Positions 38,331 to 52,456 are shown, numbered from the stretch's first letter. The stretch is DNA of 64,000 nt from Octopus vulgaris (GCA_951406725.2 OX597815.1:214892001-214956000); one strand, 5' to 3'. A program made the numbers and translations. The notes: generated by a model not told the origin, from the sequence alone.

Positions 38331-39300
38331 GTAAAATAAAATTTTCTTATCCCCATCTTTATAAATTATATACACTTAAAAAAATACACTAATAAGATTG
38401 TAGCTTATTTAACTTCGTTTGTATTCATGTTTATACATATTAAATATTGTTTTGTAACATGTTCTGTGCACTGTGTTTACCAATCTTACCAATGTGTATG
38501 ATGACTCCATGTTTTTATGTATGCATGTTTCTGGGGTTTCTTTTCCCGTTTCATATGTTTTTCTCAAATCCTGTACAAAATTTGGAATTTTTGATCTCCC
38601 TCTTTATATGTCATTTATCAATAAGATTTATCTTAAAAAAAAAAAAAAAAGAATCAATGAAAAATCTTGTTTTTATAAACAATCTTATTGTTTTGACTTT
38701 CTATTAATACACTACTTTCAGTAGTTCTCTTGCTACATACTAAACAGTCTATAATCATATGATTGCATTTAATTCTAATATTTCAGTAGGCTATCATTAA
38801 TGTCCTGCTCACATACATACATATACACACTATCGCTGACATTTATTTTCAAACATATCTATTCTGCCCTTATAATTAGTAGAGGTTGTTGTACCTTGTA
38901 GTTCTAAATGTGTGCATTCATTTTAGTGTGAGAACATATTACTTTCATACTCTGCATTGTGTATCTCTAATGATAAGTAATTCTATCCAGGACATTGCTG
39001 TTCCTGCTGCTAACCAACTTCAGTCAGTTCTGATTGATTAAATTCATGACATGGAAATTGTCAATGAAATGCCTTTGCTCTAACATTGAATACATCTGGT
39101 TTTTGCTGTTACTGTTGTTCTTGTTCTGTTCCTGGAACGGCTCTTTACATTCTGCTATCAAATGATTGATTGGTTTTGGCAAGTGCATTAGGATAATCTG
39201 ATCAGTTTGCATCTTGTTTGATTTTGTAAGTTGTGAAGTGTTGGTATGATCTTTCAGGATATTTTGTGCTAACATGGAAGACCAGATATTATATTAGTTC

Positions 39301-39331
<31 letters not shown>

Positions 39332-40338
39332 CAAATCAAATAACACCAATACGGTGGGAAGAAAAATTAAGAAACCTGCTTTCTGTGGTCCTATTAAATA
39401 GTTTTGAATCTTGACTAATAAGAAATGCATTTAAAAGTAATTTTAATTTTGTCAGCATTTTGATTGTAAGTTTTTCATTCCATACTAATGGGTGTTTTTG
39501 CTTTTTGTTTTTTCATCTTCTGCTATCTAAATAAGCAATTCTGAGGTCAATGCTGAAAATATTGCATATGTGAAATGGCTGTTTTTCTCTGCATGTTGGA
39601 ATTCCAGTTTTCCATTTTTAACTAACATCTTGTATGATTAGGTATGATTTCTCAACTAACATCTTGACAACTGTCCATTTTTTTTTCACCATATTCATCA
39701 GAGAAATCTATTTTTAGTTTTCTCTTAAATATCATCTTCATAATTCATATCTGTTGTAATAATATTGACTAATTAATTAGGGTCCTTATCAAGGATATTC
39801 AGTTGTTTCACTTCATTCTCAAAAGCTATTAAATTTACTTCTATGTATAGGCATTTTGTTAGGTCCTGAACTAAGATGCATTACTTAAATTCAAAGGATT
39901 GACTTCCATAGTGAAGCAGTTTGTGTTAGAAAATAAACTGATATGAAAACATATACTTCAACAATTTAAAACTTAAATATTTAAATATCTGGTTGCATGA
40001 AAAACACTCTAAAAACATATGTGTATATATGCATGTATGTATTTTTATAAATATATACATACATATATATATATATATATATATTTATATACATATTTAT
40101 ATACATATTTATATATATATATATATATATTTATATACATATTTATATATATTTATTTACATATATTTATATTTATTTATTTATATATATATGTATATAT
40201 ATAAATATATTTATATGTATATATATATATATATATATACCGGAGTAAACACATAAATGTGAAACAAGGTGGAAAAAAGAGTACTCAAATACCAGTGGTA
40301 GAGTAATATGCTTTATTTAAAGCAGCAGAAAATTCAAC

Positions 40339-40386
40339 AAAACCTGTTACTCTGAGTTTCCCATTGCCGTTCATCGGACAGTTTTT
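40339..40386 (-). ncRNA. Minimal type I hammerhead-like motif in a Penelope-type repeat (degenerate)
   Basis: Minus: AAAACTGT-CCGATGA-ACG GCAA TGG-GAAAC-TCAGA-GTA-ACAGGTTTT. Stem I CTGT/ACAG; core U4->C change and a stem II mismatch. Confidence 0.5.
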
Positions 40387-41336
40387 GCTAGAATATGTAT
40401 AAAAATACACATATATATGTGTGTATTTATATGTATACACACACCCACACACACACGCACACACATATGTATATATAAAACAGACTTTCACAGTTTCTTG
40501 ATGCATTGGTTGGCCTGGAGCTGTAGTAGAAGACACTTGCCTACAGTACCATGCAGAGGAACTGAACCTGAAACCATGTGGCTACCTAGTGAGCTCCTTA
40601 ACCACATCTTGGTGGTGATGATGAATATAATAATGATATCTAACTTTGATACAAAGCCATATATTTCTAGGTGAAATTGGTATATATTTCTAGGAGAGTA
40701 ACTGGTTAAATCCACTCCAGTATGTAACTGGAACTTATTTAGATCAACACTCAAAGAAATTCACAATAAAAGTCAACTTGAGCGAGATTTTGAACTCAAA
40801 ATATAAAGAATACAGTAAAATAATATACTGCATTTTATCTCATACCTACCAGTTCTGCAGTCCACCTTCCTCGATAATACTATTTATAATAGTAATAATA
40901 TATTTATGGGTATTAACCAAAATTATCTGGAAAGTCCTTGAGGCAAAGTAAAAACAGCGCATAGAAGGCTCATAATAGAGGAAGGGACAAGAATATTTCT
41001 CATTTAAGTTCCTTAAAATGTAGTCTGATAGGAAGCATAATTAAATGGATTTTAACAGCAATACCATGTAACAGCTTCATAATAATAATAATAATAATAA
41101 TAATAATAGTAATAATAGTAATAATAATCCTTTCTATGAGAGACACTAGGCCTGAAATTTGGTAGAGGGATTAGTCAATTACATCAACACCAGCATTTGA
41201 CTGATACTCATTTCATTGACCCCCAAAAAATAAAAAGCTAAGTCTACTTTTGTGGCATTTGAACTCAGACCATGAAGCCAGAAGAAATGCGACTAAGCAT
41301 GCTAATGACTCTGCCAGTTCACCACTTTAATAATAA

Positions 41337-41853
41337 CTAGCAGTATCGCCCGGCGTTGCTCGGGTTTGTAAGGGAAATAACTATATAAGCATTTTTAGAG
41401 AGTTACTTCCCTTATAGATGCCAATTCGGGCTTTCTTAGCCATTTCTGTTTTGGTGTCTTCAAGCCATGAAGTCATTGTTCTAAAAGAACGCTGGTCTCC
41501 TTGACAACGAATTACGACGTTGATTTCCTTAAACTCCCTTCCCCACAGCTTCATGAGGGAGGGAAGAATGGGGAGAAGCAAACACAGGTGCAGGTGTTTG
41601 AGCGTGGACGCCAACTCCGCCGCCATCGACACACGAAAAATTATGCATTAAAATGGAATAAAAAATGATGTTAAATTATTTTTAAAATCGTAGACTCATT
41701 GTAGACGCGTGCTAATAGCCAGACAGGCTCGATATTAATCACGACTATAAGATACCCGAATTTGGTTAAACTGCACCGCAAAATGTGGGAGGAGTTAGGA
41801 ATCTAAATCGTAGGAGACAGACACTCGCACAACTACAGTTTTATATATATAGA
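41337..41853 (-). mobile_element. Non-autonomous Helitron
   Basis: Minus strand begins A|TC and ends with hairpin CCCG-AGCAACGC-CGGG then CTAG|T; no TSD. Confidence 0.75.
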
Positions 41854-42125
41854 TATGACTAAAAGTAAGGATGATAATAATAATAACAACAACAACAACA
41901 ACAATGATATTAGTAATGCACAGGCCTAAAGCTATCTATAGTGAAGGCAAAATGAGATTATTTTATTAGCAATGTAAGTAAAATGAAGTGAAGTATAAAA
42001 TAAAAACAGCTTAACACAGACTTCTCTTCTGCTACACACTTGCATTTATGTATGTATGTATGTGTGCATATGTGTTTATATATGAATCTATAAGCATATT
42101 ATATTCATATATATGTATATAAGTG

Positions 42126-42165
<40 letters not shown>

Positions 42166-42674
42166 GTATTTCTCAATATATATTTCAATATATCACTATG
42201 ACCTAACCTCAGAGTGCATGAGACATAGGAAGAGACTTGCCTACAGAACCATTTCATAATAATGAAATCAGATATATATGTAAGGACTTACATACATCAT
42301 ACTCTAGGAAATGTGAATATTAAAGTTAAAATTTAATTATTGAAATGAAATATTAATTTTTAGATATTAATATATATGTTTATATATTTATATACATATG
42401 TGTGTGTGTATATATATTAATATATGTATATGCATACATTGCATATCATCATGATATACAATATATGCATATGTTGGTGTATATTATATACATGTAAATG
42501 TTATGGAAAGTAACTTAATAATTTCAAACAACTCAGCCTAGACAGCAAAACTGAATTCCTGTATAAATAAATATTGAAATACTCAAAATAGTAAAGTCTC
42601 ATAATACTTTCAGACATCCAAATAATAAGGATAATAATGATAATAATAATAATGATAATAATAATAATAATAAT

Positions 42675-43982
42675 AATAGGAAAATATGCAAGCTGCTGAG
42701 TTGTAATAGGATGCACCACCCAAAGGCAGACGTAGATCGCCTTTACCTTCCCAGAGCCCAAGGAGGTCGAGGCCTGATCCAATTTGAACTAGCTTACAAA
42801 ACAACCACAATTGGACTGGCCAAATATCTCGAAATATCGAATGACTGGATGCTAAAGCTCGTGGAAAATCACGAGAGACGAAAGAAGCTTCATTCTATCA
42901 TAAAGGAAAGCAAAAAATTTGCTATTGATCTCGTGCAGGATACCCAAACTAAACAACCCGAGGGAAGTACGGCAACTATTGTTGCAAAGAAGGTGAAAAT
43001 GATGGCAATGAAAAAAGCGCACGAGCAATTGGCTGATAGGTGGGAGGAGAAACCTCTGCACGGCAAATATGTGACCCGCAGCAAACAAGCTGATGTTGAC
43101 CAGGAGCAAACCCATCAGTGGCTGCGGAGCTCAGGGCTAAAAGCAGAGAGCGAAGGTTTCATCCTGGCTGCTCAAGACCAAAGCCTATCAACCCGGAACT
43201 ACCAGGCCAATGTGAGGAAAAATGGAGCAGACCCAAAATGCCGATTCTGCAACGACATGATTGAAACAGTGGACCACCTAATCTCTAGATGTAAAGTCTT
43301 AGCACCAGTGGAGTATAAATTAAGACATGACAGAGTTGGCCAATATCTCCACTGGCTAATAAGTCGGCATTACAATATCAAAACTGCCGACAAGTGGTAT
43401 AATCACCACCCTGAGGCTGTAACTGAAGGAGAAAATGTAACCATTCTGTGGGACTTTCCAGTACATACAGACCGAACCATCAAGGCCAATAAACCAGATA
43501 TTGTTGTGAAAGACCAAAACAATAAAGTTTGCTTATTGATCGACATGAGCATCCCCTGTGATCATAATATCTCAGCGAAAGAGTTTGACAAGCTCAGAAA
43601 ATATAAAGACCTACTCATTGAAATTGAGAAAATGTGGCATCTCAAGGCGGTTACAATACCAGTGATCGTAGGAGCACTAGGAATGATCAAGAAGGGAACC
43701 GAAAATTATATGAGAATGATCCCTGGCTTACCATCCCTGCAAGAAGTGCAAAAGATTGTCTTAACTGGTACATCACACGTATTGAGAAGAGCATTGTCGA
43801 TGTGAGAACTGTTGCTGCTCATGTATTTTAATTTAACTTTAAAAAAAAAAAAAAAAAAAAAAATGAACGAACTACTGAGTTTGGTTTAATGGCCTACCAA
43901 TATACACTATGAGTTTCTTTGCCCTAGGAGTCAGGAAGACACTCGGCAAGAAATGGAAGAAAATTTGAAAGAAGAAAAAAAA

Positions 43983-43984
<2 letters not shown>
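42675..43984 (+). mobile_element. 5'-truncated R4/Dong-like retrotransposon (CCHC plus restriction-like endonuclease, ORF 42711-43805) in (TAA)n
   Basis: RLYLPRAQGGRGL, WEEKPLHG, AAQDQSL, CRFC...ETVDHLISRC, RHD, KPDIVV...LIDMSIP...K..KY. Flanked on both sides by (TAA)n. Confidence 0.9.
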
Positions 43985-44014
<30 letters not shown>

Positions 44015-44019
<5 letters not shown>

Positions 44020-44380
44020 GAGCACTCACAGAGCACAAACCTCTGCCAAGGCAATACCAATGTCCTCTCAACGATTAGCCAGAGATGATTTTTAAAATGA
44101 GAATATCTGAAATAAACTCAACTGCTCTCCCAAACGAGAATACTAAAAATGAACCCGACCTCTCTCAAAAATTAAGTAAAAAAGAGGAAAAATAATCAAG
44201 AATCCTTGTCCAGTATGAGATCAATCCCAAAATTTAATCAGTTCCTGCCAGTCACAAGACCAAACATTCCCGAAAGTTTCATCAGAATCTATCCAGCGGT
44301 TCTTGAGATATCTTGTCCACAGACAAACAAACAAACACGACTGAAAACAATACCTCCACCTTCACTAAGGTGAAGGTAAT
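44015..44380. mobile_element. Possible Helentron/DINE-like non-autonomous element
   Basis: Terminal hairpin accttcactaaggtgaaggt, internal (CAAA)n and aaagtttcatcagaatc...gttcttgagatat motif; family assignment is by general resemblance only. Confidence 0.4.
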
Positions 44381-44724
44381 AATAACTTTGTAATTTAGTC
44401 TGAAAGTCAGCAATTTTACAATTCAGAGTAAGTGCATCAAACGTTAACACAGACAAAATGCCACTAAGAATTTTGCCCACTGTGTTAATGATTCTAACAG
44501 CTAGTCGCCTTTTCAATATTAACCCTTTAGTGTTTAAACCTGCCATATCTGGCCAAAATATTCCAGCAAAATTGCAAGATCCAACCTCCTACACCTATTC
44601 TACAATGTTATTCTAAAAATAATCATATTATCAAAATCTCAAAGTTACAAGATAATGTATGATGGATCCAAAACAGTAATAATAAATAAACATTACATTT
44701 GACAGGCTAATCTAAATACAAATG

Positions 44725-44764
<40 letters not shown>

Positions 44765-45095
44765 TAGCCATGTGTTGAGGAAAATTCTTTGGGGGTTTGA
44801 ATAATTGACCCCTGGAAACATGGGTGTTTCATTCATCATCCTTAAACGACCCTTATCCCTTATTCAGGGAGCTTTTGAGTGGCATGGGCTACTCAACTAC
44901 AAGAAAATTGTAACTGGACCCCACCCACAACGTCATGCACTATTTATCTTGATATGATATGACCATATCATGCACATATTGTTGTGATGCATGTACCTGG
45001 TGTGTTCTTATGGGTAGTCATGATGGGTATATTGGGTTTCATATATTTGTACCCCAGTGTCACTTTGATGGTATGTGCTGCTTTCTCACTCAATG
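44765..45095 (+). mobile_element. Family D non-coding repeat ending in (TAA)n
   Basis: Reverse complement of copies at 50675-51110 and 62650-63110; a fragment also lies at 30590-30735. Confidence 0.7.
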
Positions 45096-45098
45096 ATA

Positions 45099-45144
<46 letters not shown>

Positions 45145-45502
45145 CCACTATCTGGAGAAACAGGCAAATGCACATGAAAGATGTTAGTAAATTTGTTCTC
45201 ACACAAAGAAAACTAATCGTGTAGAATTAGATAAAAATTATCAGTACTGCACAGATAAGCTTCTAAAGGAAATTGCAGAACTAAGACAAGACCTATCAAC
45301 CGCTTAGCAGACAAGGTGAAAGGCAAAGACGTTTTAGTATTTTCTACTATGGCACATGACTTTATTGTTGTGAAATTATGAATCAGTTTGCTTCAATACT
45401 AAGATGGCTCATATGTGAACGATCCTTCTGTTGTTGCCAGCTAGTTAAGGAGCAGTTTTAAATGCATATTTTCTCAGCCAAGAAAACAGTATCATATTGT
45501 AT

Positions 45503-45915
45503 ACATCATCATCATCATCATCGTTTAACGTCCGCTTTCCATGCTAGCATGGGTTGGACGATTTTGATGGAGGGCTGGCAAACCAGATGGCTGCACCAGG
45601 CTCCAATCTTGATTTGGCAGAGTTTCTACAGCTGGATGCCCTTCGTAATGCCAACCACTCTGAGAGTGTAGTGGGTGCTTTCTACGTGCCACCAGCATGG
45701 AGGCCAGTCAGGCGGTACTGGCAACGACCTCACTTGAATCCTTTTACACATGCCACCTGCACAGCTGCCAGTAAGGCGATGTTGGTAACGATCACGCTCA
45801 AATGGTGCCCTTTTACGTGCCACTGGCACGGAAGCCAGTTAGCTGCTCTGGCAACGATCACGCTCGGATGGTGCTCTTGGCACCCTACTAGCACAGGCAC
45901 AAGTGCCAGTATGGC
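45503..45915 (-). mobile_element. Family C (RTE 3' tail-derived) repeat
   Basis: (CAT)n-cgtttaacgtccgctttccatgctagcatgggttggac...ctggatgcccttcgtaatgccaaccac plus degenerate ~60-bp units. Confidence 0.75.
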
Positions 45916-46494
45916 GACTACCTTGATATATTCTACTAGACAACTCACAGCAACCTGGCTTATAATCCTACCAGAACAGGACATAATAGAATCAATAAGC
46001 TATCATAATATTAATCATTTCAATAACCAGAAGGTTTTCTACTCCTAAAATCCTGTAAAGTTAATCTAGCTAGGCCCCTGCAAATACCCTATCAGAGTTA
46101 CCTGAAAGAAGCTATGACTCAGATTCATAAAGATGGCAGTAGAACACAGACAAACTATTACAGACCTATATCATTTATACTCCACCCTTGAAAAGTGCTG
46201 GAGAGAATCATATGCAGAGATCAATAAACTATTTAGACCAGCACAAACTGTTTAACACTTTGTATAATGGCTTGTACCCCAGGAAGAAAAACCAGATATG
46301 GTTCCTGCAACACTTTTCAAACTCTAAAGAATCGAGTGTTAGAATCAAAGGTTGTCTATGTTCAAAAATGTTAATATGTCTATACACACAATTATATATA
46401 TGAATAAGCTTGCATGTATGTGTGTGTGTGTGAATAAATATATACACATACACATATACATATATGGGCAGAAATATGTATACATGTATGTGTG

Positions 46495-46594
<100 letters not shown>

Positions 46595-46600
46595 AATATG

Positions 46601-46652
<52 letters not shown>

Positions 46653-47566
46653 TATACATATATATATTGAAATAGATAGCATGCTTGAATAGTCAGTAAT
46701 AGATGCATGATTAGATTTATATCTAGAAAGACTATTTGGTTTCTCTTGACATATAAATATTTACAAATGTATAACAGTACACACATGATAACATCTTAAT
46801 GAAAGTATATATACAATATGGTGAAATAACAAAAGGACCATATTTTTTGTTTAATTAATGGGTGTTTTTTCCCCCTTTGTTCCTGGTAGTTTATCTCTCA
46901 CTTTTTCATTACCTCCAGCCCTTGGCTCCCTTTAATGGAGTTCACTTTGTTGTATTTCTACCTGGTTTTCTGTCTGAGGCTAATCCATTCATTCATACCA
47001 TTAGCATCAGGTTTTTTTTCCATGCTAGTATTGCTTACATGAGAATTAACTGAGGCAGGATCTTTTTTACGGCTGAATGCACTTCCTGTTGCTGACCTTT
47101 ACCTGTTTTTGAAGTAAGGGTTTATTTTTGTCTTGTTTTGTTCTTTTTATTCCAGAGGAATTAGAAAGTGCAGAGCCAGTGGATAATTTGTTGACTAGAT
47201 AGGTCAGCAAAAACATCACCAATTGTAGTCCAACTACAAATGGTGACATTAACCTTTCTCTCACTTTATTGGTTGTGACTTCTCTGTTAAAAGATCGTGG
47301 CTGTTGCCCTTTCTTTCTCTCAATGACCCCCAAAACAACAGTGAAACAACAGTTAAAATTTATTTTTCTAAATTCAGAGGAATTTATTCAAAGGAATTTT
47401 ATGCTATTTCCTTCTTTGTTTTGATGCTTCTTCCTAACATTTTTATCTTTCTATATTTCAGATCAGTAACAATAATTAGTGGTAGACATTGATAAAATTC
47501 CTATAGTTTAATTTTTTTTTTCATTTTTTTTTTATTCCTGTTTTTCATTTATGATTTTCATTGTAG

Positions 47567-47793
47567 ACATTGATGAATGTGTGTCTGTTGGTGGGAAACA
47601 TGGCCACCACTGCAACGGAAATACAGTCTGTGTAAACACCATTGGATCATACCGGTGCCAATGTGCGAACAAGATGGGTGACTATGGTGAGGATGACAGC
47701 AGTGGCTCCTGTGAAGGTAGCAGCCTCTCGTCAAAATTGTCAAAATCTGTGATCTTGCTAAGTCTGTGCCTTAAGTTATGGCTAATGCTGTAA
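47567..47793 (+). CDS. NELL: NELL probable terminal exon (calcium-binding EGF plus Ser-rich/hydrophobic tail): (D)IDECVSVGGKHGHHCNGNTVCVNTIGSYRCQCANKMGDYGEDDSSGSCEGSSLSSKLSKSVILLSLCLKLWLML*
   Basis: ttgtag acceptor, phase 1; DIDEC...C.N..GSY.C cbEGF consensus. The eight exons total 906 nt and stay in frame to TAA at 47791-47793. A weak alternative donor AG|GTAGCA lies after 47716. Confidence 0.85.
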
Positions 47794-48033
47794 ATATTGC
47801 TATCTCAATCTAATTTATACTAATGTCTTTATTTAAAGTGTACATTATTAAAAAAACTACAAAACAAACAAACACAAATCAAAAAATACAAACTGTAGCA
47901 TATTTATTTTCAACATAAAAATTAACTCACTTATTACAAAGAAAAAAAAAATCAAATACACAAAAAAAAAGTAAGCAAACAAAGAACTTTTTCAGTTTTC
48001 TACCTCTGGAAATTCAGCTGTAGTCTTACAGAG

Positions 48034-48039
48034 AATAAA
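48034..48039 (+). promoter_or_regulatory. Candidate polyadenylation signal
   Basis: AATAAA about 240 nt after the stop, followed by GT/T-rich tttgtctgagtttgtgtc. ATTAAA also at 47847. Confidence 0.35.
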
Positions 48040-48303
48040 CCCCATTTCTTATTTGTCTGAGTTTGTGTCATTACAAATTACAAGTTTCAAAAAAAAACTA
48101 CTTCACCCATTCAACCTCAAATATATTTATTGTTTTTTTTTCCTTCCCCTTTTCATTCTTTTATTTAAATCTCTCAGAATGAATTAAATGTTCCAAATTT
48201 AAGGTAATTTAATATTATAATTATTATTATTATAATTATCATCATCATCACCTTTATTATTCTTATTATACTTATTATTAATACTACTTTTATTATTACT
48301 TCT

Positions 48304-48347
48304 ACTATATATATATATATATATATGTATGTATATATATATGTATG

Positions 48348-48442
<95 letters not shown>

Positions 48443-48454
48443 ATATATATATAT

Positions 48455-48511
<57 letters not shown>

Positions 48512-48522
48512 TACATACATAT

Positions 48523-48608
<86 letters not shown>

Positions 48609-48647
48609 CATATATATGTATATATATATATGTATATATATACATAC

Positions 48648-48683
<36 letters not shown>

Positions 48684-48773
48684 GTATATATATATACATA
48701 TATATGTATATATATATATGTATACATATATACATATATATACATATATACATATATACATATATACATATAT

Positions 48774-48824
<51 letters not shown>

Positions 48825-48852
48825 GTATGTATATATATATGTATGTATATAT
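48304..48852. repeat. Long compound (TA)n/(TACA)/(TATG) microsatellite
   Basis: About 550 bp of near-continuous purine-pyrimidine alternation; similar tracts at 40040-40238 and 46490-46665. Confidence 0.95.
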
Positions 48853-50106
48853 TCTTTAAATGACTTTAGTTTTGTTTGATTATCCAGCATTTTTCTATAT
48901 TAAATCAGGTGCGGTCTTGGATATCCTCAACTCTTTCGTTTCTTTATCAAGAATAACAGTTTTTGTTTCCTGTTATTTTTGGTTTTTTTATTTATTTAAT
49001 TTTTTTAATAATTTTTGCTTGTGGGTAACAAGGACAGGACAGACAGAAATTGCTTTGCTGATTTCTCATGGCAAATGCTGTTAAATTTCTTTCTTTTGTG
49101 CATATTTAGCTTTCGTAACAACATGTAGTTTAACATTTATTCTAACCATCTTTCTAAGAATTATGTGTGTAAGAGTATGTATAGATTGCTGAAATAATTT
49201 ACGTTCCTTTCATAGATGTTACTTCAGTAATTCATACAAGTTGATAACCATTTCATAATTACATTAAGCTTTGATATCAGTTTTGATGTAGAGTCTTCTG
49301 TTGGCAGTTTCCAAAGCATAAAGCCTTGTTTTTATTTAATTATTTAATACATACTTTAGCATGATAAGCTGAAAGCATTCATTGATTTGATTTATTTATC
49401 CTAGCAGTTGATTATTCAATATCCATTCTTGCGTTTCCCAAGAATATCGAGAGAATAATTAAAGAGAAATAGGAATTTACTCATTGCAAGGATACACATA
49501 TGCATAAATAAATAAAAACATTCATATAACTGCTTTATATGTGTTTTTAAAGCTAGAGCAATGCAAGTTATAAAAAATTAATAATACAGGTCGATGGTTC
49601 GTGCTATAACTTAGTATCTCAATATTTCAGAGTTAGGGCGCCTTCTTCAGGAAATTTATGAAGGAAAATTGTGTTTATAGCTGATACAGAGCAGAGACAT
49701 AAATTTCCTGAAGAAGGGGTTCCAACCATAAAATATTGAAGTACCAGGATAGAGTACAAACGATTGATCTGTATTATTGATTTTTTATAACTTGCTTTGC
49801 TTTGGCTTAAAAAAAAATTAGGACAATGCTTCCTGAAAGCTATAGTAAATACATTCATGCATATACACTTAAATGCATTATAGCTTACATACACATATGC
49901 ATGCATATACACACAGAAACACATGCATATATAAAGATACCTTTATAAATAAATATGGACCAGTTTAAAATTTATGGAACTTTTTCATAAAATTTTCATA
50001 TATTTTGATCATTTTGGTATGCTTCTTTCATATTTCTTGTGATGATGTGTATTATAGATAGTATAGTATCTCTTCAATTAATTCTAAAAAGTATCTGTAT
50101 ATATTA

Positions 50107-50142
<36 letters not shown>

Positions 50143-50143
<1 letters not shown>

Positions 50144-50625
50144 TTTTTGTAATCTCAGACAAATGCTAAACAGTCCAAACATTTCGGTTAGGGATCAGTG
50201 AACAAGTTGACAAAGGTCCCTTACTGCTTCCTCTCCTGTGCCTTACATAGACAAGACTTACCTTAAAATCCTAGCTGTACCAAGAAGTGCTGTCTTCTGC
50301 ATGACCTGTAACTTTATATCAATTCCAATTCTCTTTACACAGTCCTCAAAACTGTCTGATATGCATCCCAGTGCTCTAATGACCACTGGAATCACCGAAA
50401 CCTTCATCCCCACAACTTTCCAATCTCCTCCTTCAGTGGCTCATACTTCGCTGTCTTCTCATGATCTTTCACTCTTTTGTCTCCTGGGTAGTGATATCGA
50501 TCAGCTGTGTCTTTTTTCTTTCTTGTTGACAACTGCATTGTCTGGCATTCTTGCCTCAATCTTTCTATCACATTGAATGGTGAAGTCCCACAAAAGCTTA
50601 AATTTGTCATTCACTAACACCCCTT
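50143..50625 (-). mobile_element. R4/Dong-like RLE 3' fragment
   Basis: Minus: KFKLLWDFTIQCDRKIEARMPDNAVVNKK...KEEIGKLWG...VIRALG...QKTALLGTARILR. 3' end abuts (TAA)n. Confidence 0.75.
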
Positions 50626-50674
50626 CTGTTTTCTTCTTTTTCTTGTTGCAGTTGTTGTTGTTATTATTATTATT

Positions 50675-51110
50675 GAGTGAGAGAGCAGTGCATGCCATCA
50701 AAGTGACACTGGGGTAAAATATACGAAGCCCAGTATACCCATCAGGACTACCCATCTGATAAGGGTACACTAGGCACATGCATCACAACTGTATGTGTGC
50801 GACATGGTGATCTCATATCAAGATAAACAGCACATGACCTTGCAGGTGGGGCCCAGATAGAATTTTATTCTGGTCAAGTAACTCATCCTGCTCAAAAGGT
50901 CCCTGAATAAGGGTTGTTTAAGGATGTTGAACGAAACACCCGTGTTTCCAGAGGTTGATTATTCAAACCCCAAAGGATCCCTCTTGACACATAGCTATGA
51001 TGCTCCCCCACTACTTCTGCTTGTTGTCAGAGATGCACATATCGTCAGCCTCTAAGGGACATGCTCAACTGGTTAAGGTCAAACAACTGATAAGCAAATC
51101 TGTGGTATTA
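50675..51110 (-). mobile_element. Family D repeat
   Basis: gagtgagagagcagtgcatgccatcaaagtgacactgggg... between (TTA)n tracts; close match to 62650-63110. Confidence 0.7.
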
Positions 51111-51405
51111 TCATTATTATTAATCGCACCACTTCAAAATTAACTGAATGATAAATAGAATAAATTTTCAGTTAATTTCCTGACAAGTGTGATTCTTTTG
51201 GTTAATTGTATTTGTTTAAGTTTGCTGTCAGTTGTAATAGTTGTGTTACACTCTACTATAGTTGTATTCTGTTCTATCATAGATTAAATACATACTTATT
51301 CACTCTTAGTCTAAATCAGTAACATCATTAATTATCTTAAAGAGTAAACATATATTTTAGCTGGTCGTTATATCTTAAACATGTAATCAGTGATTTTTAT
51401 TATTA

Positions 51406-51440
<35 letters not shown>

Positions 51441-51786
51441 CATTATTATCATTATTACTATTTTACTATTATTATTATCATCATCATCACCATTATTATA
51501 ATTATTTATTTATTATATCAGTGATGTTCTTTTCTTAGTAGAGAGTATTTTTGTTTTTTAAATTATAGCTCTGTTGGTTTTTATTTGAGTGTATAGGTTT
51601 GAATATATATTTGATTAGTTGTATACACAGACTGATACTGGTTTAATTTACTCTCTACATTTTTTTTTGCATCTATTTGGATATACATAAGAATGTGTAT
51701 GCCTATGTGAGTGATCATAAACTTACTTGCGATGTATCTACTTCAGTTATCAATGCACATATAAAAGATGAAATACATACTACATA

Positions 51787-52167
51787 GGCACAGGTATGGC
51801 TGTGTGGTAAGAAGCTTACTTCCCAACCACATGGTTCTGGGTTCATTCACGTTGTGTGGCACCTTAGGCAAATGTCTTCTATTATAGCTTCCAGCTGACT
51901 AAAGCCTTGTGAGTGGATTTGGTAGATGGAAACTGAAAGAAACTGATCGTATATATATATATGTTTATGTCTGCATTTGTCCCCTACCAATACTGCTTGA
52001 CAACCAGTGTTGGTGTGTTTGCAATTCAGCAAAAGAGACCGATAGAATACACACCAGGCTTAAAAAATAAGTACTGGAGTTGATTCATTTGACTAAAAAT
52101 TCAAGGCAGTGCCCCAACATGGCCACAGTCTAATGACTAATGACTGGAACAAGTAAAAGAAAAAGAA
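51787..52167 (+). mobile_element. SINE family A
   Basis: Head ggcacaggtatggctgtgtggtaagaagc...; tail ggcagtgccccaacatggccacagtctaatgact. Confidence 0.8.
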
Positions 52168-52456
52168 TATAATTTATTTCATATTTATATCTTATTTTTT
52201 GGTGTCACTATACAATTATGGGGAACTGTATTCCATTATAATTTCCCATTTAGATCTTTGCTGTCATAATGCTTTCATATTTTGATTTCATTATTACCCA
52301 GCATTCTCTGTTATTATTAATCTATGGAGCATAATTTATTTCATAAGAAAATAATACAAGATCTATATTAGGAATTCATATAAAACCAGAATCAAAATAA
52401 TTGTGTAAGTTTCTGGACTACCAGTTTATTGTTCATGAATTCATACCTGCTGTAGA

